A DNA stretch of 57,643 bases from a virus (Duplodnaviria; Caudoviricetes): positions 1 to 57,643 of the IMG/VR virus record IMGVR_UViG_3300031942_000005; one strand, written 5' to 3'. The notes beneath the pieces were generated by a model. The model was not told where the DNA came from. It worked only from the letters and a program-made list of their open reading frames with translations, and did no database searches. Each line of letters begins with the position of its first letter. The stretch's first letter is position 1. Made by a program: the position numbers and the translations under genes. Positions 15,159 through 24,692 of the stretch are shown piece by piece.

Positions 15159-16049
15159 CTACTGCTTGCGCTCGATGTCGAAGCGGCCGCAGCTCTCGAT
15201 GGCGACGTTGTCGTCCTTCGAGCTGATCGCCATCTGGATGGCGTCCTGCGCCTCGTCGCAGGTACGGGCGTTCTCGACCTCGACCTCGAGGACGACCGTG
15301 CCGAACCAGCTCTCGGAGTGCTCGTCCAGACCGATCCGGCCGAGCAGCTCGTTGAGCCAGCTCAGCGCCGAGTCGTGCTCCTCGTAGTCGCTGATGAGCA
15401 CGGAGCGGGCGTGGGTCTTGAACTCGCTGGAGTTGGCCTGGGTCAGCCGGAGCTGGGCCTGGGCCGCCTCCAGGTCGGCCCGGAGCCGCCTCTCGACGTA
15501 GTCCGAGTTGGTGACCTGGTTGGCCTGGTCCCAGCTGAGGCCGGCGGCGAAGGGCCCCGAGATGCGGGCGTCGCCGCGCTCACCGATGGCGGCGAGCACC
15601 CGTCCCACGTACGCGTCGGCCTCGGCCTTGCGCATCGCCTCGTCGGCCTCCTCGTAGAGGAACAGGTCGGTGATGCCGAAGCGGGTCAGCCACTCGTTGG
15701 TGCTCTCGTAGCACCACTCGTTGGCCGCCCTGGCCTCACGGACCAGACGATGCAGGTGGCCCTTGGCCTCCTCGACGGTGGCGTAGGGAGAGTCCACGGC
15801 CGGGGGCACGAGCGTCTGCCTGCGCAGCTCGCCCATCCAGCCGGCCGTGGTGTAGTCCCAGTTGCCGGTGTCGCGCTGGCCCAGGTCCTCGCGGCTGCCC
15901 AGCCCGACGTGGCGCAGGATGTCGTCGACCTGAGGCTCGGGGTCGGTCTCGGGGTCGAAGTCGGCCTCGAGGACAGCCCACCGGAGCAGGACGGCGCCGG
16001 CCTGGTCCACCGGCACGGGCGTGCCGTAGACGCTGTAGGTGTTGCTCAT
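15159..16049 (-). CDS. acidic hypothetical protein
   Basis: Conserved start motif; 296 aa. Confidence 0.8.
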   Translation of the reverse strand: MSNTYSVYGTPVPVDQAGAVLLRWAVLEADFDPETDPEPQVDDILRHVGLGSREDLGQRDTGNWDYTTAGWMGELRRQTLVPPAVDSPYATVEEAKGHLHRLVREARAANEWCYESTNEWLTRFGITDLFLYEEADEAMRKAEADAYVGRVLAAIGERGDARISGPFAAGLSWDQANQVTNSDYVERRLRADLEAAQAQLRLTQANSSEFKTHARSVLISDYEEHDSALSWLNELLGRIGLDEHSESWFGTVVLEVEVENARTCDEAQDAIQMAISSKDDNVAIESCGRFDIERKQ

Positions 16050-16133
16050 GGTTGTTTCCTCCTGTGTGAAGGTGTTGCTCCCGGGATGGTCCCGGCGCGG
16101 CCCACCCGGCGGACCGGGTGAGCCTGGTCGGGA

Positions 16134-16514
16134 TCAGCTCTGCGCTTCGAGGCGCGTCTTGCCGATGGTCCAGTAGCGGTCGTCGTAGCCGCCCAAGAGG
16201 GTGACCCTCGCCTTGAGGCCGAGGTCCTTGAGCACCACGAGGTCGCGGCCCACCAGCCTCTCGTCGCGCTCGCCGGTGTAGCGGACGATCTGGCCGAGTA
16301 CGAAGTGCTCGGGGATGTCCACGATCTCGGCGCCGCCGTTGAGCGGAGCGGTGAGCAGCAGGGAGCGGTCGGCGTTGACCGTCCGCCCGTTCTGCGCCAG
16401 CTTGACCGTCTTGGGGTTGAGCTTGACCACCTGCCAGGGCCCGGGGAACCGGATACCGCCGGTGGTCTGGGACTCGTCGAGATAGACGGTGTCGCCTACC
16501 GATGGATTCAGCAT
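16134..16514 (-). CDS. hypothetical protein (tandem SH3-like beta domains)
   Basis: VGDTVY and LGQIVRY repeats; conserved start motif. Confidence 0.75.
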   Translation of the reverse strand: MLNPSVGDTVYLDESQTTGGIRFPGPWQVVKLNPKTVKLAQNGRTVNADRSLLLTAPLNGGAEIVDIPEHFVLGQIVRYTGERDERLVGRDLVVLKDLGLKARVTLLGGYDDRYWTIGKTRLEAQS

Positions 16515-16589
16515 GGTTGTCCTCCTTGTGTGTCCGGGATGGTCCCGGCGCGGGGGCACCGCCGAGGTGGCGATGCCCCCTGGTCGGGG

Positions 16590-17048
16590 TCAGTACCCGA
16601 TGAGCGGCCGGCGGCCGGCCTTGACGTCCTCGATCTCTGTGAGGATGAGGTCGGCTGCCTGCTCGCGCTTGAGTCCGGTGCACCACTGGACGACACCCAA
16701 CTCGAAGGGGGCGTCCCGCTCGAGGTCTGCACGGGTGTGCGTGTCCTCATGGAGGCTGTCCGGCAGCCCCTCGGTGGTGTCAATGCTCGCGGCCCACTCG
16801 GCGGGAGTCATGACCACGTTGCCCTCGGCATCGATGATGCCGTGGGGGTCGTGGCGGGCGTCCCAGCGGTGGCCGAGGCGGTCGTCGTAGAAGCAGACGG
16901 CCTCCTCGATCGCGATCCACGCCATGTCGTTCGCCGTGGTGGCGTCGGACCGGGCGATCACGACGGTGGGTGTCCACCGTCGCTCATCGTGCACAGAGGT
17001 GCGCTGGTGGATCGAATGCACCGTACCGTTGTGGTTCTCGTCACTCAT
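16590..17048 (-). CDS. hypothetical protein
   Basis: Conserved start motif; MSDENHNG. Confidence 0.75.
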   Translation of the reverse strand: MSDENHNGTVHSIHQRTSVHDERRWTPTVVIARSDATTANDMAWIAIEEAVCFYDDRLGHRWDARHDPHGIIDAEGNVVMTPAEWAASIDTTEGLPDSLHEDTHTRADLERDAPFELGVVQWCTGLKREQAADLILTEIEDVKAGRRPLIGY

Positions 17049-17142
17049 GGTTTCTCCTTGTGTGATGGTGCTGGCTGCACCCTCGGACACCCACCGGGGT
17101 AGGTGGGTGCCCTGAGCTGGAGTCAGCGCCTCCTGAGCGCTT

Positions 17143-17406
17143 CTAGAGGGCTCTGGGAGGCAGTTCGTCGCCCCCCTCGCCCCCCGCCAGCGCCGCATCG
17201 GCCTCCCTGAGCAGCTCGTACTCGTTGGAGACCTGGTCGATCCCGCAGGCGATCCAGACGGCCTCGACGAGCTCGGACAGCAGCTCGTCGGGCGTCCAGT
17301 CCGGGATCGTCAGGTCCTCGACGAAATGCTCGTGCTGGGCCAGGAAGGCCCGGCGCACCTTGTCGGCGAACGCGTCGATCTCAGCGGGATTGAGATGGAT
17401 CTTCAT
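17143..17406 (-). CDS. acidic hypothetical protein
   Basis: Conserved start motif; MKIHLNPAEI. Confidence 0.75.
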   Translation of the reverse strand: MKIHLNPAEIDAFADKVRRAFLAQHEHFVEDLTIPDWTPDELLSELVEAVWIACGIDQVSNEYELLREADAALAGGEGGDELPPRAL

Positions 17407-17491
17407 GGTTCTCTCCTGTGTGTGTGTTGCGTGGAGCGATCTGCTCCGCCAGCCACCCCGACCGGGGCCGGGGGAGCTGACGCAGGTACCG

Positions 17492-18751
17492 CTACGAACG
17501 GACCAGCTGCTTGGGCCTGGCGTTGATGTCACGCCCGCGCTCCTCGGTGCCCAACTCGAGGAGCCGGTCCCGCCAGCCGCTCTCGTCCTTGACCTTGGCG
17601 AGGGGCGAGCGGAAGACGTCGGCGGCGATGCCGAGCGCCCGGCCCTTGACCCTCTCCTGGCCCAGGATGGTGCGGCCCACGTAGGACTCCTTGGAGCGGT
17701 ACCGGCGAGCGTGGTCGAGGTACTCCGTCGAGGCCGCCATGACCCCGTACATCGTGTCCTCGATCCCCTCGCAGGTGTCACTGACGGTGAGGTAGTGGTT
17801 GAAGGTCGAGCGTGCGTTGAGCACGTTCTCGTGCACCCGGTCCGTGCATTGCTCTCCCAGCTCGCGCGGGGAGGGCAGGAACTCGGTCAGGTACGCGGCC
17901 ACCTGCTTGTCAGTGACGTGGACCTGCTGCATGACCTCGCTCATGGCGATGTACTGCACGACCTCCTCGCGGAGGTCACTCACCGCCTGCTTGGCCGCCT
18001 CCAACTTCGCCTCCATGTCGCCGGAGTGCCGGAAGACGATCTGCTGACCGCTGGCGTCGCCTTGGGCGTCGGCCATCTGCCACGTGTTAGCGCAGACGAC
18101 GCGGACCTCGGTGTTGACCAGCTTGCAGGCCGCCGCGCCGGTGTGTCCGTTGAGCAGGGCGAAGTACGGGAGCGTCTGCCCGTGCGGGTCCCCCGTGATG
18201 GAGAAGGGCTCGTCGAGCATCATCACGGCCCAGACCAGCGCGCCACCCTTGGCAGCGCCAGAGGTGTCGAACTTTGCACCGGCTGGGATGAAGGCGTCGA
18301 TGATCTCCTCCATCGAGATGGATCCGCTGTGCCCCTTGCCGTGGTAGACGAGTTGGAAGCTCGCGTTCTGCCCCGTCTCCAAGAGCGCAAAGGTGTCGTT
18401 GCGCAGCACCTGGCGGTGCTCGGGGTCAGGAACGAAGACGTGCTCGCCGTCCACGCCAAGGATGGAGCCGGCAGGAACGCAGTCGAGGAGGCTCACCGTG
18501 CCGTTGCCGTCACCGATGAGGCTGCACTCCGAGGAGTGGGCCTTGTCGATACGGCGGGCGCAGTTGTTATCTCGGCACAGCTTGAACTCCTTGGCGTAGC
18601 GGGTGATGAATGAGGGCCGGGGTTCCGGCTCCCACGTCAGCCCCGCCTCTTGCCTGGCGTCGGGCCATGTCTCGGGTGCCTCATCGAGCAGACGTTCCTT
18701 GCCATGCCAACTGGCTTGGCGGACGCAGTAGCCCGAATTGAAATAATCCAT
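17492..18751 (-). CDS. DUF932 (phage/plasmid LGT-family) protein
   Basis: SWHG...AGLTWE...TSGAAKGG.LVW...NGHTG...TEVRVVCANT...RHSG. Confidence 0.85.
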   Translation of the reverse strand: MDYFNSGYCVRQASWHGKERLLDEAPETWPDARQEAGLTWEPEPRPSFITRYAKEFKLCRDNNCARRIDKAHSSECSLIGDGNGTVSLLDCVPAGSILGVDGEHVFVPDPEHRQVLRNDTFALLETGQNASFQLVYHGKGHSGSISMEEIIDAFIPAGAKFDTSGAAKGGALVWAVMMLDEPFSITGDPHGQTLPYFALLNGHTGAAACKLVNTEVRVVCANTWQMADAQGDASGQQIVFRHSGDMEAKLEAAKQAVSDLREEVVQYIAMSEVMQQVHVTDKQVAAYLTEFLPSPRELGEQCTDRVHENVLNARSTFNHYLTVSDTCEGIEDTMYGVMAASTEYLDHARRYRSKESYVGRTILGQERVKGRALGIAADVFRSPLAKVKDESGWRDRLLELGTEERGRDINARPKQLVRS

Positions 18752-18837
18752 GGTTGTCTCTCCTGTGTTGCTAGGTGTTGCTTCCGGGTGTCTCCCGGCT
18801 CGGCCCCCCACCCCGAAGGATGGGAGGCCTGGTCGGG

Positions 18838-19059
18838 CTACTCGCTCTGGATCGCCAGCCTGGCTTCGAGCCAGTCGCAGATGTCCTCTGCGACGTGGCG
18901 GTCGGCACAGGCGCACACGACCCTCGGCCAGTAGTTCTCGGTCCGCTCCTTGGCGGACTCACCGAGGTGGGGCTGGCCTCTGAATACGACCAGCCACTCG
19001 TCGCGGAAGGGGACGGCCAGGTAGGCCAGCTCGTGGAAGCTGACCGGGCCCTCAGCCAT
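18838..19059 (-). CDS. hypothetical protein
   Basis: ATG overlaps the upstream ORF end. Confidence 0.6.
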   Translation of the reverse strand: MAEGPVSFHELAYLAVPFRDEWLVVFRGQPHLGESAKERTENYWPRVVCACADRHVAEDICDWLEARLAIQSE

Positions 19060-19285
19060 AGCTGCGCCCGGTCCGGATCGCCTCGGCGCCAGCCTCGGCG
19101 TCGAGGAGGTCCAAGATGCGCTCCGCCAGCTTGCGCAGCGTCTCGACGGTCCCCTCGACCACCGCCACCGAGTCGAAGCCGATGCAGAGCGCGAGCTCGT
19201 CGTCGACCTCGCCCTCACCGATGAGGGCGCCTCGCTCCAACAGCTCGAGGTGGTCGCCCTCGACCCACTCGTAGTGGACGCTCAC
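19052..19285 (-). CDS. acidic hypothetical protein
   Basis: GTG overlaps the ssb stop. Confidence 0.6.
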   Translation of the reverse strand: MSVHYEWVEGDHLELLERGALIGEGEVDDELALCIGFDSVAVVEGTVETLRKLAERILDLLDAEAGAEAIRTGRSYG

Positions 19286-19656
19286 GACTCGGCCCCACGG
19301 GTGGAGCGGCGCTCGGTCCGCGCCACGTCGGCGGTCGCCCACTTGAGGCTGGGCCCGATGTCATCGGCGGTGAGTTCGACCTTGGAGCGGTGCTCGCCCG
19401 CCTCGGTCTCCCACGACCTCTGCTCCAGGCGGCCGGTCACGACGACGCCCATCCCCTTGGTGAGGGACAGCGCCACGTTCTCGGCCAGGTCGCGCCAGGC
19501 GATCACGTCGAAGAACGACGTGGATTCCTGCCACTCCCCGTCCTGTTGCCACCGGCGGTTGACCGCGACGCCCAACTGGCATTGGGCCTGGCCTTCCCTG
19601 GTGTAACGGATCTCGGGCTCCCTGGTGAGGTTGCCCGTGATGGTCACGGTGTTCAT
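19282..19656 (-). CDS. ssb: single-stranded DNA-binding protein (no acidic tail)
   Basis: NTVTITGNLTREPEIRY...VAVNRRW...WRDLAENV..SL.KG..VVVTGRLEQRSWE. Confidence 0.95.
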   Translation of the reverse strand: MNTVTITGNLTREPEIRYTREGQAQCQLGVAVNRRWQQDGEWQESTSFFDVIAWRDLAENVALSLTKGMGVVVTGRLEQRSWETEAGEHRSKVELTADDIGPSLKWATADVARTERRSTRGAES

Positions 19657-19729
19657 GGTTTCTCCTCCTGTTGATGATGCCGAGTGGCATCGCGGGAGGG
19701 CCGGGCGACCGGCCCTCCGACGCTGGCAC

Positions 19730-20164
19730 TCAGGCCCAGGTGGTCTGCGCGTGCAGGCGCTCGATGCGGCCTTCTCGGACCGTGTCACGCCACCGCTCGC
19801 CTTCCTCGCCCCGCCATTGGAGGTAGCTGCCCTCGGTTGCGTAGGGCGCCAGCCGCTCGATGAACAGGTCCTCTTGGCCCGTCTTGGAGTCGTAGCCGAT
19901 GATGTGGAGCCCTCCCTCGTCGCTGTCGAGGTCGAAGCCCAGCATCCTCAAGATGGCCGCGAGGTCCGCGCACACGGCCCGGTCGTCGTAGTGCTCGTCC
20001 ATCCAAGCGAACCAGGCCGCCTTTTTTCCGCCCGGCCCCCACAAGCCACCGGTCTTGTCAACCGATGGGTCGGTGTTGAGGGCGCGTAGTGCCGCGTCGG
20101 CCTGCTCCAGGTTCTTGCGAGGGACCGTGAAGTCGGCCTCCTCGATCTGGACGTAGTAGCCCAT
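19730..20164 (-). CDS. conserved hypothetical phage protein
   Basis: Conserved start motif; YDSKTGQE...LAPYATEGSYLQWRGEEG. Confidence 0.8.
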   Translation of the reverse strand: MGYYVQIEEADFTVPRKNLEQADAALRALNTDPSVDKTGGLWGPGGKKAAWFAWMDEHYDDRAVCADLAAILRMLGFDLDSDEGGLHIIGYDSKTGQEDLFIERLAPYATEGSYLQWRGEEGERWRDTVREGRIERLHAQTTWA

Positions 20165-20251
20165 GGTTTGTCTCCTCTCTGTGTGATGCCCTGTGGCATC
20201 GAGAGGGCATCCCAGGCGTACCCAGGATGCCTCCGCGTCGTCACAGATCGG

Positions 20252-20491
20252 TCACTTGTGCCCTCCTTTCTTGTCCTGCTGCTGCCAGCCGCCGATGTAG
20301 GCCACGATGAGGATGCTCGCCAAAACGGCGAACACGGTGTCCCCATTGCCCGCGTCGACGCGGTGGAGCCCGTAGGTCAGCAGGAACGCGGCGAACAGCA
20401 GGCCGAGCACGTCGAGGATCGGGTGCCGCTTGGGCGGACGCTTGCGCCACCCCACGGTGACGTTCACGTCCTTATCCGGGGGCCGACCCAC
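20252..20491 (-). CDS. small two-TM membrane protein
   Basis: Two hydrophobic helices; start uncertain (20491 or 20467). Confidence 0.6.
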   Translation of the reverse strand: MGRPPDKDVNVTVGWRKRPPKRHPILDVLGLLFAAFLLTYGLHRVDAGNGDTVFAVLASILIVAYIGGWQQQDKKGGHK

Positions 20492-20687
20492 GGAAGATCC
20501 TCTTGCAGGTGCCGCAGGACGCCATGATCCCCGAGAGGGTCTCGTCCTGGGGCACCATCGCCCGCGCCGGGCGTCCGCACAGCGTCCGCACGTCACGGGC
20601 CGCGGAGCCCGGCCACCCGACGATGTGGATCGTCTCGGGCACGGGGTCCAAGACGTACTCGCCGGGCAACTTGACCTTGAATGGCAT
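20472..20687 (-). CDS. small Zn-finger-like protein
   Basis: H...TLCG...SCGTC; conserved start motif. Confidence 0.65.
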   Translation of the reverse strand: MPFKVKLPGEYVLDPVPETIHIVGWPGSAARDVRTLCGRPARAMVPQDETLSGIMASCGTCKRIFRGSAPG

Positions 20688-20767
20688 GGTTGCTCTCCTT
20701 TGCTCGCTGGGGGCGGTCTGCCCCGGGAACCCCACCGACTCGCTCGCGTCGGTGAGGAACCCGCGGT

Positions 20768-20911
20768 CTACCGCGATCTGTGCAGATGGCCGAAGCACTG
20801 GACGATGCCGCGGACCAAATGGGCGTCATGGCCGTGGTGCAGGCACCGCGCGACGGCCCGGGCCTGCATCTCCCACAGGTGGGGATGCAGGACCCAGTGC
20901 AGCGGCGTCAC
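20768..20911 (-). CDS. small His-rich hypothetical protein
   Basis: GTGA overlap with the upstream stop. Confidence 0.4.
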   Translation of the reverse strand: MTPLHWVLHPHLWEMQARAVARCLHHGHDAHLVRGIVQCFGHLHRSR

Positions 20912-21366
20912 GAGCACCGCTCGACGGCCACGCCGAGGTCGGCCAGGACCAGGACGAGGTCCACCAGGTCGTTGCCGCCGGCGAACAGCTCGTCGCTCTG
21001 GCGCTCGTTGATGTCGAGCAGCCGCTCGGCCTCCTCGCAGATGTTGACCACGCGGCCGTCGCCCATGAGGGCGTAGTCCGCGGTGCCAGAGGTGTCCACG
21101 AGAAAGCGGGCCTTGGCGTCGTGCGCCACCAGCGTCCAGCCCGCGAAGCACATCGCGGTCTTGCAGCTGGGGGAGATCACCCGCGCTCGGGTCGGGTGGC
21201 CGTCGCAGTACCGGGTGTCGGGGAGGTCGAAGCTCTCGACCGGCTGGCCCATCAGCCACTCGGTGTCACCCACGTCGGCCCAGCGGTTCTGGTTCCAGCG
21301 TGAGTGCGGCCGCTTGGCCTCGGACCGCACGATCGAAAAGACCTCCCCGGCCAGTTCGGTATTCAT
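20908..21366 (-). CDS. hypothetical phage protein
   Basis: WNQ...CKTAMCFAGW...AERLL...LF; conserved start motif. Confidence 0.8.
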   Translation of the reverse strand: MNTELAGEVFSIVRSEAKRPHSRWNQNRWADVGDTEWLMGQPVESFDLPDTRYCDGHPTRARVISPSCKTAMCFAGWTLVAHDAKARFLVDTSGTADYALMGDGRVVNICEEAERLLDINERQSDELFAGGNDLVDLVLVLADLGVAVERCS

Positions 21367-21456
21367 GGTTTCTCTCCTGTGTTGCTCGGGTGTTGCTGTG
21401 GGGCGACTTGCCCCCGGAAGGGCACCCTCTCGGATGCCCGACCGGCGATCAGCCGC

Positions 21457-21951
21457 TCATATCTGCGTGTGGCCGCAGCTCAGCTTCAGCACCGTGTAGG
21501 GGTCGCCGTCGTAGCCGACCCGGGCGCTGGCAGCGCGGTCGAAGCCGTAGCAGACGCCCTTGTCGTCAAGGACGCCGACGAGCTTGTGGCAGCGGTGACA
21601 CTCGGTGAGCTGGACGGCGTCGCCTCGCTCGATGGCGTCGAGCTCCTCGATGAACGCCTGGTACTCGGGCGTGTCATAAGGGTCCTCGTCGGGGTAGTCG
21701 GGGTCCCAGTCGGTGTCGGCCAAGACCGCCGACCGGTGGCAGGCCCGGCAGGTGAAGATGTGCACGACGGTCGCCGTGCGCCCGTATCCCCAGCCGGTCC
21801 AGCCCACGAAGATGGCCGAGTAGGCGGGGTCGTCGACCTCGTCCATGGCGTCGGCCACCGGGCACTCCTCGTGCCAGATGGTGTCGCCAAAGATGCCGAC
21901 CGAGCGATCCTCGCCCTCGAAACCCCAGCCGAGTTCCGCAAGCATGGTCAT
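21457..21951 (-). CDS. Cys-rich acidic hypothetical protein
   Basis: Conserved start motif; CxxC pairs. Confidence 0.75.
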   Translation of the reverse strand: MTMLAELGWGFEGEDRSVGIFGDTIWHEECPVADAMDEVDDPAYSAIFVGWTGWGYGRTATVVHIFTCRACHRSAVLADTDWDPDYPDEDPYDTPEYQAFIEELDAIERGDAVQLTECHRCHKLVGVLDDKGVCYGFDRAASARVGYDGDPYTVLKLSCGHTQI

Positions 21952-22035
21952 GGTTTCTCTCCTTGTGCTTGATGGGACCGAGCGGTCCCCCCAGGCCCAC
22001 CCCCCGGAGGGGATGGGCGAGGGGCGAGTGCCCGA

Positions 22036-22932
22036 TCAGGCAGCCGCGTTGGCCTCCGAGACGCCCTCCTGGGGCCCCGACGCCTTGGCCTCGCCCTGCG
22101 GGGCGGGGTTGGGCGTTGCGGGGCTCTGAGGGGCGTCTGCGGGGCGCTCCGCCCCCTTCTTGGGGGCGCCGTTGGCCTTCGCGGTCGCCTTGGCAGGGGC
22201 CTTGGTCGCCTTGGCGCCCGTCTTGGTCGCCTTGCCCGCCTTGGCGGCGGGGGCGGACTGCGACGGGGCCTTCTTGGCGGCCGGGGTCGCCTTGGCCGGG
22301 GCCTTGGTGGTCTTGCCGTTGGCCTTGGCCGGCGTGTCGCCGTTGGCCTTGGGCGTGACCACGTAGGCCCGGCGCGGGTCGCCCTCGGGCAGCTTCGACC
22401 GCTCGTCGCGCTGGTTGCGCGCGTTGCGGCAGAGGCGGCACTCGGCGGTCCGCTTCTCGGGCGAGGTGGTCGGGAACGAGCCGATGCGGACCATGGCGGG
22501 CTTGCCCGCCTCGGCGCATCCCTCGCCCGAACCCTGGCAGCGCACCTTGCGGTCGAGGTCGTAGACCTTCTCGCCCTTGGCGAGCTCGATCACCGGGAAG
22601 GTGGCCCTGCTCGTCGTGGACTTCTTGGCCTTGGCCTCGATCGCGGCCGCGTTCTTGGGGTCCGTGCGGAACGTCTGGACGATGCCCTCGTTGAGCGCCG
22701 CTCCGCTCTTGCCCGCCCGCTTGTTGGCAGCGCGCTCGTCGGTGACGGCGTTGGACAGCTCGTCGCGTGACATGGCCTTGAGCTGGGCCAGCGTCGGCGG
22801 CTTGTAGCCGCTGTCGCTGGGGCTCGGGGCCTTGCCGGCTCCGGTGGACTTCGAACGGGCCGAACGGCGCTCCGCTGCGGCCTTCTGGGCCCCCGCGGAC
22901 TGCCCGACCTTGGTCGTGGTCCTGCTTGACAT
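22036..22932 (-). CDS. basic Zn-finger protein with histone-H1-like AKAT/PAKK tail
   Basis: CQGSGEGC...FPTT...RTAECRLCRN; Lys/Ala/Pro-rich C-terminus. Confidence 0.75.
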   Translation of the reverse strand: MSSRTTTKVGQSAGAQKAAAERRSARSKSTGAGKAPSPSDSGYKPPTLAQLKAMSRDELSNAVTDERAANKRAGKSGAALNEGIVQTFRTDPKNAAAIEAKAKKSTTSRATFPVIELAKGEKVYDLDRKVRCQGSGEGCAEAGKPAMVRIGSFPTTSPEKRTAECRLCRNARNQRDERSKLPEGDPRRAYVVTPKANGDTPAKANGKTTKAPAKATPAAKKAPSQSAPAAKAGKATKTGAKATKAPAKATAKANGAPKKGAERPADAPQSPATPNPAPQGEAKASGPQEGVSEANAAA

Positions 22933-23088
22933 GGTTTTTCTCCTGTGTGAGAACCGCCCCGAGGGGCGGGGGATGCACACTCGTACATCCCGCCAGGAGC
23001 ACCGGTTCCGTTTCCGTTTCTCCGGTGCCCGAGGCGCGATTTACCAGCTCATGGTTCTCACCTCCTGTGAACGACGTACCGGCTCCGC

Positions 23089-23295
23089 CTAGACCTTGCG
23101 GGCCTCGGTCATGCAGACCTCGTGGCTGCACGCCAGAATCCCGAAGTAGTCGTAGACACCGTGCTGGCGCTCCGTCAGCTCCAGGTACTCGCCGTACTGG
23201 CGACCCCACTCGGCCTCCAGAGACTCCAGGTCGCCGCGCTCGGCCGCCTGTTGGGCCGCCGCGATGCGCAATTGGATGACTTCGCCTGTCGTCAT
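23089..23295 (-). CDS. hypothetical protein
   Basis: Conserved start motif. Confidence 0.7.
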   Translation of the reverse strand: MTTGEVIQLRIAAAQQAAERGDLESLEAEWGRQYGEYLELTERQHGVYDYFGILACSHEVCMTEARKV

Positions 23296-23364
23296 TGCTC
23301 TCCTGTGTGTTCCGGGGTCTGCCCCCGGCTCGGGGGGTCCGTCTCCGGACCCCCCTGGTCGGGT

Positions 23365-23685
23365 TCAGCGCTGGCAGAGCGGGCAGAACCTCGCCGCGCT
23401 CTTTTTGCGGTTCTTGATCCGCCGCTCGTCGTGGCGCGTACCGGGTTCGGTGTGCACGACCACCATCTCGATGCCCGCGCGGGCAGCGGCGGCGGTGATC
23501 GCGGCACCCCGACCGGCCTGGTGCTCGGCCAGGCGTCTCTCGACGCTCACACCGTTGGTCCAGCCGATGTAGTGGCGGGCCCAACCGTGGGACTTGGCCG
23601 GGTCACCGAGGGGCTCTGAGAAATGGAGCACGTAGATGGTGCCCGGCTCGCCGGCGACGCTGTCGAGGCGGAACCGCGGCGTCAC
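23365..23685 (-). CDS. GIY-YIG nuclease
   Basis: TIYVLHF...HYIGWT...VERRLAEHQAGRGA...ERRIK. Confidence 0.82.
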   Translation of the reverse strand: MTPRFRLDSVAGEPGTIYVLHFSEPLGDPAKSHGWARHYIGWTNGVSVERRLAEHQAGRGAAITAAAARAGIEMVVVHTEPGTRHDERRIKNRKKSAARFCPLCQR

Positions 23686-23912
23686 AGCGCACCGGCGAAA
23701 CCGGCGGCGGCGATCGCCAGGGCGGCCATGAATGCGATCAGCGCCAGGGTGGCGATGATGCGGTCCACGACGAAGGCGACCCGGGGGCTGATGGCTCCCT
23801 CCTCGTCCTCGATGCCCAACTCGGTGGCGGCGTCGAACTGGGGCTCTGTGAAGTAGTCCCACAGATCGACGACCTCGGCCACGTCGGCGTCCTGGTCATA
23901 GGGCTGCTGCAT
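23682..23912 (-). CDS. small membrane protein
   Basis: Acidic N-terminus, C-terminal TM helix; start motif. Confidence 0.7.
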   Translation of the reverse strand: MQQPYDQDADVAEVVDLWDYFTEPQFDAATELGIEDEEGAISPRVAFVVDRIIATLALIAFMAALAIAAAGFAGAL

Positions 23913-23998
23913 GGTTTTCCTCCTCGGTTGTGGCGCCGGGACGCCGCTCTGATTCCCGGGGCGGGGCACCCGGCGAACCGGGTACCCCTGCTCGGGCG

Positions 23999-24244
23999 TC
24001 AGGCTGGCTGCACCTCGACACGCTCGAACGCCGCGGGGCCGGCGCATACGGTGATGCGGACCCAGTCGGCGCCCCTGCGCTCCAAGGCGTCGAAGAACCA
24101 GCTCTGTGACCCCTCGACCCGGTGCTCGGGGGTGGTGGTGACCACGACCGTGCGGGTGCGCGAGCCGAAGGCGACTCGGCTCTTGCGCTCCAGGTAGATG
24201 TAGTCACCGGGAGCGAGGGCCGATATGGGGATGCTGCTCTGCAT
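23999..24244 (-). CDS. hypothetical protein (SH3-like)
   Basis: Conserved start motif; LAPGDYI. Confidence 0.7.
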   Translation of the reverse strand: MQSSIPISALAPGDYIYLERKSRVAFGSRTRTVVVTTTPEHRVEGSQSWFFDALERRGADWVRITVCAGPAAFERVEVQPA

Positions 24245-24335
24245 GGATTTCCTCCTGTGTGTGGCGCCGGGACGCCGACTTGGTGCTGCTCCCGGGTCGG
24301 GCGCCCCAGCTCTCGCTGAGACGCCCTGCTCGGGC

Positions 24336-24692
24336 TCAGGCGACCGTGGGGACCATGCCCTTGGGCAGGACCTGGAGCCGCTGGGTGCACTCGAACTCCC
24401 AATGGGGGCCGGGCAGGGGCGCCGATACGGCCGTGGCTGGCCGATTCACCGCGTGCACCGAGACCTTGGCGCCCCGCCGAGACACACTTGCGATCTCGTA
24501 GTGGTGGCGGAGGCCCGAACCCGCTGCGAACAGCAGGTACATGCCTGGGTGCAGGTCACCCGCCCGGCACCACGAACCCGGAGCCAGCTTGCCCGTGGAG
24601 CGATTGCGAACCGCCGGTGGGGCAGGCTGCCAGCCGAGAGGGACGTGCTTGCGAACGGCCCTGGCCTGGCGTGCCATGTGGATGCGTGCCAT
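24336..24692 (-). CDS. basic hypothetical protein, first gene of the leftward block
   Basis: Conserved start motif; LHPGMYL. Confidence 0.65.
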   Translation of the reverse strand: MARIHMARQARAVRKHVPLGWQPAPPAVRNRSTGKLAPGSWCRAGDLHPGMYLLFAAGSGLRHHYEIASVSRRGAKVSVHAVNRPATAVSAPLPGPHWEFECTQRLQVLPKGMVPTVA

